DNA of 64,000 nt from the NCBI GenBank assembly GCA_951804945.1, contig OX638152.1, positions 43,338,001 through 43,402,000 on the forward strand, read 5' to 3'. The DNA comes from Podarcis cretensis. Lineage: Eukaryota. Positions 58,403 to 64,000 of this stretch are shown here, piece after piece (the first letter of the stretch is position 1; the number at the start of each line of letters is the position of its first letter). Made by a program: the position numbers and the translations under genes. The notes below the pieces were generated by a model, which searched no databases, was not told the DNA's origin, and saw only the letters and a program-made list of their open reading frames with translations.

Positions 58403-61400
58403 GAAACACGGACCAAGGATAGTCAGTGGCCAGAGAATGCTGACTGGGGTGGGTGCAAGAGGGTGGACAAGAGAATGGAATGAGGTCTAGCAGAGAAGGT
58501 CTTGGCTGGCTAACAGGAACAGCAAATGGGAGCACAACACACTGCAATGTTTTATTGCCTCTCCTACTTGTATGAAATTCCAAACTCACCAGGAAAGCAA
58601 ATATCTGCTTGACAGGACACTAGACTAAATAAACTAGTGGAAATAAACAAAGCTTTCAATCATCTGCATCTCCTCCCTACAACCATTAAATTATGGCCAT
58701 TTTAAATTGACCGATAGATGGCAGTATCATACCCCTTTTTGTCCTACCAGACACATTCTCCGTTCAACAGTTGCACTAGAACCCTTTGCTATGTATCTTC
58801 TTTTCTCATTGATCTTTTGTTACAACTGTCCAATCTTCATTTTTGTCCAGCTTGTGCTTCTGCACTCTCGATTCTTTATATCATTTTTTAAAGGCCTCTG
58901 AATTACTGGGAGTTTGGATAAACACAAGCAACTCCTGTAACATTTTCACAATGGCATCACATTAAAAAGGGGCCTTTAAGCCTACCTATGCTACATTTAT
59001 CCACGTGGGGTATATTCATGTGTTATCTACATGGAATCCTGCATAGGAGAGAAACCTGGAGAGTGCCAGTTGTTACTCAAAGGGCGGTTTCTGTCGAACA
59101 AAAGCCATGCATTCAAATTCAAGATGCTGTAAGTACAAATAATGGTTAAGCCATCACATTTCAAACAGCCTTAAATGTATGTTTGTGCGTGTGCTCACAG
59201 CTGGTTGCTTTTACACAGAATAAAGCACATGTGTCTTTGGGTAGCATTATGGAAGGTAGGATACAAATGTAATGAAACCTTTTTAAAAGGTACAAAGGTA
59301 TTTATATATATGTGCATGAATCAAGGCACATCCTTGATTCTTTGTTGTTGCCCCACAACTGCATTCGTCAACTACACAGGCCAGTCAGAAGGGTGTATCA
59401 GGACAAGACTGAACCATGCCTTGTATGGATTGGATAAATACACTTAATAAGCCCAAACGGACCTTGAGTGGACATGTCCTAAGAGCTGATTCAAACAGCC
59501 ACTTTAAAAAAATGATGTTTTTCCTGAAAATATTTTCCTGCATTTTTCTGAAAAAAGAAATTAACAAAAGAGAACAGAAACACGATAGGAAGAATACAAG
59601 GTCAGTATATCACTACAGGGGAATGTGGTTTTGCAATTTAATCATAAACAAATGGCACTACACAGTTAAGTCAGTCTGATCAGAATGAAGTGCTTCATTA
59701 TCCACGAATGAGACAAGTGGATATCAATCATCTATACAAAAGTTCAAGCCTATAGTTTCTACCTACTGATTGTTTTCTTGTGTATTGAACTCATTAAGTC
59801 CATTATGTGACTGATTCAGAATGCATCTTTGCTGGAAAGAGCCTACTCAAAAGGGGTGGTGAATACCAGCTTTTGCCACATGAGGGCTCATTCAGCATAT
59901 CCACATTACACAGGGCCGGCTCAGCCAATTTTGCAGCCTGAGGCGAAATAAGAAGGTACTGTTCCACCCACTCCTGGCCCAAGCCTTGCTTACTGAGGTT
60001 ACACAGCTGTGGCGGCTTACCACTGTCACATGACCCTGACATGGGCACTGCCCTGCGGGACTCTGCTGGGTCTCAGTGTAAAGCCCTCCTCCCCAATTTA
60101 GAAATGGCACACTGTGCTCAAGTACATTTTGCATGCAAGCCCCCTTGGTGTATGTGCATCTGGAGTAATAATAACAATTTCATTATTTATACCCCACTCA
60201 TATGACAGGGTTGCCCCAGCCTGTGAATTCTGTAAGGGCTCTTGGAGTGGGTCAGTGTGTGCACCCCTTAAAGTCCTCTTTGACTGAGTCAGCTGTTTGG
60301 GAGGATGAGGATGCTGAATTCAGGGCCCTGTTTTCCTTCTGCCCTGGCAGGTGATGGGCACCATTAGAGCTTACCGGCAGAGATCTGTGTGCACAGCAGA
60401 GTGTGAATAGCTGATGCTGTACACAAGGATATATGGACTGGAGCCCTGAACTACTGAGAATTTGTCTTTTCAGCCAAGATCCGATCAGGTGTTTCTCCTC
60501 ATGATTTACATACACTACTTGAAACTCTATAAGTGTCTATATTTGTGAGTGGAGCCTCCTGTAAATTTATTGCTCTAGGCATCCTCCTGCCAGAATTAAA
60601 TTGTATTTGCTAGTTTTTATTGCCTGTTCTGGTCATAAATCTGTGGCCTAGTCATTCTGGGCATTGTCTATCACTGTTGCTCACACTTTTATTACAGGTT
60701 GGGGATTATTATTATTATTATTTCTTTACAGTAATTCTGACAGAGCCTTAACTTGTGCAGGCTTGCACCTATAAAATTTATATCTTTGATATAAAAACCT
60801 GTACTTAATAAGCTTGTTACACATTGACAGTCTTATTGCAATCTCTCTCTGCCAATATATTCTATTGCAGCCCTTCTTGTTTCTAGAAGTGTATTTTATT
60901 TTCAAGCAGTATAGCTCCAGTAGTATTAATGGGGGTACATGTATGAATTCTGTGTGGATTTATAACTGGCAGGCACTGGCCAGCTCCAAGGATGGGCAGT
61001 GCTGTAAATGGTGCTTCTCTGGCTCAGAGGCAGTGGCAAAGCTCAAAGCCCCCTGCATCCTCATTACTAAGTCTATTTGGCGGCCTTCTTGAACGCAGCC
61101 ATCTAATCACTTGGTAACACAAACCATTCTTTTTATATGGGTTATAAAGGCAGGAAACATCTGTGAAAAAGCAAGTGATGGATCTGCCGATAAACAGAAG
61201 TGCAAGCTTCAAGTACTAGAATTAAAATGCGCAATTGAGGCATTCCATGGTGTAAAATGTAATTTGTGGGATGTAACAGTTGGGCCACAACACCATTAAC
61301 TTGAGCAAGCATCAGGTTTTGAAGATTGAAGCGATACCTAATTTTATTATGAGTCTGGGTAGATAAAGCAACTATCGCAGTTGGTACTTGCAAATAGAGG

Positions 61401-61502
61401 ATACCAGATTGGAATATATTCCTCCTCTTGTTTTTTTTTTAAATTTTCATTGTCTCAGTTCTGGATTTGGAAGGGATTTCATTTAGGCAACCCAAGAAAA
61501 AA

Positions 61503-61622
61503 TGGGTTGTGTTCAACTAAGTGTTACTCAGCATAGACCCATTGCAATTAATGCACCATGACTACTCAACACCATTAATTTCAGTTGGTCCAGTTTGAGT
61601 GATACTTAATTGAATACAACCC
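61503..61622. repeat. Old palindromic MITE-like repeat (related copies at about 42440-42550 and 47643-47717)
   Basis: GGGTTGTGTTCAACTAAGT / ACTTAATTGAATACAACCC inverted ends; CCATTAAT core shared among copies. Confidence 0.55.
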
Positions 61623-63014
61623 AACATTTGGATTGTTTGTATTCCTGCATCTCTTTAATATAAGAAAGAGTGGAGGGGTCAGTACAGTCAGCACACATGA
61701 TATCACAATCTGTGCATTAATTTTTGATTTCCTCATACAGAACCATACATGAAGCCTCATTAGACGGGTACAAGTGTTGTTGTTTTTTGCAGTTACACAG
61801 AAATGTTGTTGTGTCTGTTGATAGATACAGGTCACATCCGCTCCATACATTTAAAGCACACAGCTTCCTGCAAAGAATCCTGGGAACTGTAGTTTGTTAA
61901 GGGTGCTGGAGTTATAGCTCTGTGAGGGGTATACTACAGCCACATGGGAAACTGCTAGTTATCTATAGCATATTCCCATATGTCGGAATAATTTTACCAG
62001 ACTCCATCCCCAATCATAAATCTGGAGAAGCAGAGGCATGATAAACATCTCGCCATATGGGTGGCTACTGCAGGCAACAAACTTCCTGTCCACAGCAGGT
62101 AGTCACCATCTGGCAAACAGTCAAGAGACCGCCACTATCCTTGTGTGGACCTGCCACAGCTCCAGAATAAATGAAAGCTGCATGCCTCCAATCATCGACA
62201 TTGGATTCATTTGGCTCCACTGGCATCCAGAATCGCCAAATTCCATAGCACAACATTGCTCTTTGTCCCCACTACTTTCCTGCTACTTCCTTGCATTTCG
62301 GTCCCATGTACGAAATCATTTAGCACGCAAACAAAGTGCTGAATATAATTAAGCATGGATTTCTGTGAGTAGTTTTAAACAAGCCTACTTGTGGCTTTAT
62401 CTGCTCCATTCTTAAGCTTGTCGGCATTAGCATCTGTCATTTTTATACTCATTTATAAGGAATTTCCTTGTTGTACATCTATCTGGCTGCATCCGTATGA
62501 TTAGAGTAGGAAATGAAGTGAAATTTGCATTTGTTTTTACACAAAAAAAAAGCTTCTTCCAAAAAAAAATGATTTTAATAAACTGCAAATGTGCAAATAC
62601 ACGAGCCCTGTTGTTTTCTTTATCCAAACATACATTCTTGGCCCAGAAAATCAATGCTGAAAATTATTTTGAGTTCTTCAAACATCCATGTGCTTATTAT
62701 TAATATATATGCAATGCATATCGTACAGATTAGTAACAGGCTGAGTGCTGAGTGAGTGAACAAGGGTGTTAAGTTAAAACTACACAGCAGAAGATTGGCA
62801 AGAACAGGTGCGTCCTTGAATGGATTACAATGAAGTAAGTCTGAAAACAAAATCCCTTTTCTTAAAGCCTCGTGTTGATCCTGTAGTGGACCCTTCACAG
62901 TTCTCCCAATATCCAAATAGTCTGAAAGGACACTGAGTGCAATGGAGCTTATTTGTGTTTCTGTTATTTTTAAAAACCATTTTTTGCTCTGCCTTTCTCA
63001 TTGTTCAAGGGCAA

Positions 63015-63374
63015 GGTAAAGATAAAGGTACCTCTGACTGTTAGGTCCAGTTGCAGACGACTCTGGGGTTGCGGCACTCATCTCGCTTTACTGGCCGAGG
63101 GAGCCGGCCTTTGTCTGCAGACAGCTTCCAAGTCATATGGCCAGCATGACTAAGCTGCTTCTGGCAAATCAGAACAGCGCATGGAAACGCCGTTTACCTT
63201 CCCGCCGGAGCGGTACCTATTTATCTACTTGCACTTTGACATGCTTTCGAACTGCTAGGTGGGCAGGAGCTGGGACCGAGCAATGGGAGCTCACCCCATC
63301 GTGGGGATTCGAACTGCTGACCTTCTGATCGGCAAGCCCTAGGCTCTGTGGTTTAGACCACAGCACCACCTACA
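63015..63374 (-). mobile_element. Sauria SINE
   Basis: Reverse-complement Sauria SINE; TSD TCAAGGGCAA (63005-63014, 63375-63384). Confidence 0.9.
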
Positions 63375-63465
63375 TCAAGGGCAAAGGGCAGAGCAAAAAA
63401 TGGTCCTCTTCTCACCACCCCATTTGCAGGTGGTAAAAAACTGGAATGGGATATGAAATTGAATA

Positions 63466-63689
63466 CAGTGGTACCTCGAGTTACATATGCTTCAGGTTAC
63501 AAATGCTTCAGGTTGCAGACTCCGTTAACCCAGAAATAGTACCTCGGGTTAAGAACCTAGCTTCAGGATGAGAACATGTGGCGGCAGCAGGAGGCCCCAT
63601 TAGCTAAAGTGGTGCTTCAGGTTAAGAACAGTTTGAGGTTAAGAATGGACCTCCAGAACAAATTAAGTACGTAACCAGAAGTACCACTG
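63466..63689. mobile_element. Tc1/mariner MITE, family A (reverse orientation)
   Basis: TA|CAGTGGTACCTC...GTACCACTG|TA. Confidence 0.85.
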
Positions 63690-64000
63690 TATTCTCCAGT
63701 GGGATTTTTTTTGGGGGGGGGTTTCTTTGTCACAACCTCAAGTGATAGCAATGACAAAGGTGTTGGTGGACTGGTGCCATTTTGTATCCCATACAATGCT
63801 ACAGAGGTAGCATTTTCCCAGGGCATCATGGGAAATAATTGTAATTCTGTGGCAGTTGCCAGTTTCCCCCACAATGCTGCTGAATGGCATTAAGAGTTGT
63901 ATCCAATGAAGTTGTACAATTAACACAAAGCCTTTACCTACGCAGTGGCATGTATTCTTCCTCTCCTCTCCTGTGTGTCCCCTAAAATCTGTTCTGGATT

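Noticed and set aside
34300-64000. Additional host gene upstream of CHMP2B (for example VGLL3, expected by synteny)
   Set aside because: No exon-like ORF with a recognisable domain was found; all long ORFs are transposon-derived.

Overview
Vertebrate genomic DNA from a squamate reptile; the Sauria SINE, Bov-B and MITE content suggests a lacertid-type lizard (inference). The window holds two convergent genes. POU1F1 (Pit-1) is on the + strand with 7 coding exons (1737-12567, 334 aa), including the 114-nt exon found in birds and fish but absent from mammals. CHMP2B (ESCRT-III) is on the - strand with 6 coding exons (33177-19052, 214 aa) and a CpG-island promoter at about 32.8-34.3 kb. The last 30 kb has no recognisable host gene and is rich in transposons: an apparently intact single-ORF L2 LINE, CR1 and Bov-B fragments, Sauria and tRNA-derived SINEs, and many hAT and Tc1/mariner MITEs. 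Best leads: (1) the Pit-1beta splice acceptor is mutated (AG->AT) while the beta/gamma reading frame stays open from an upstream ATG; (2) the non-mammalian exon has a GC donor and a G-run able to mask its pyrimidine tract; (3) a hAT MITE carries telomeric TTAGGG units in variable copy number; (4) a Penelope-derived palindrome in a POU1F1 intron contains a minimal hammerhead ribozyme core; (5) the intact L2 has a monomer-repeat 5'UTR. All calls were made by eye without database searches, so repeat family names are best matches from memory.
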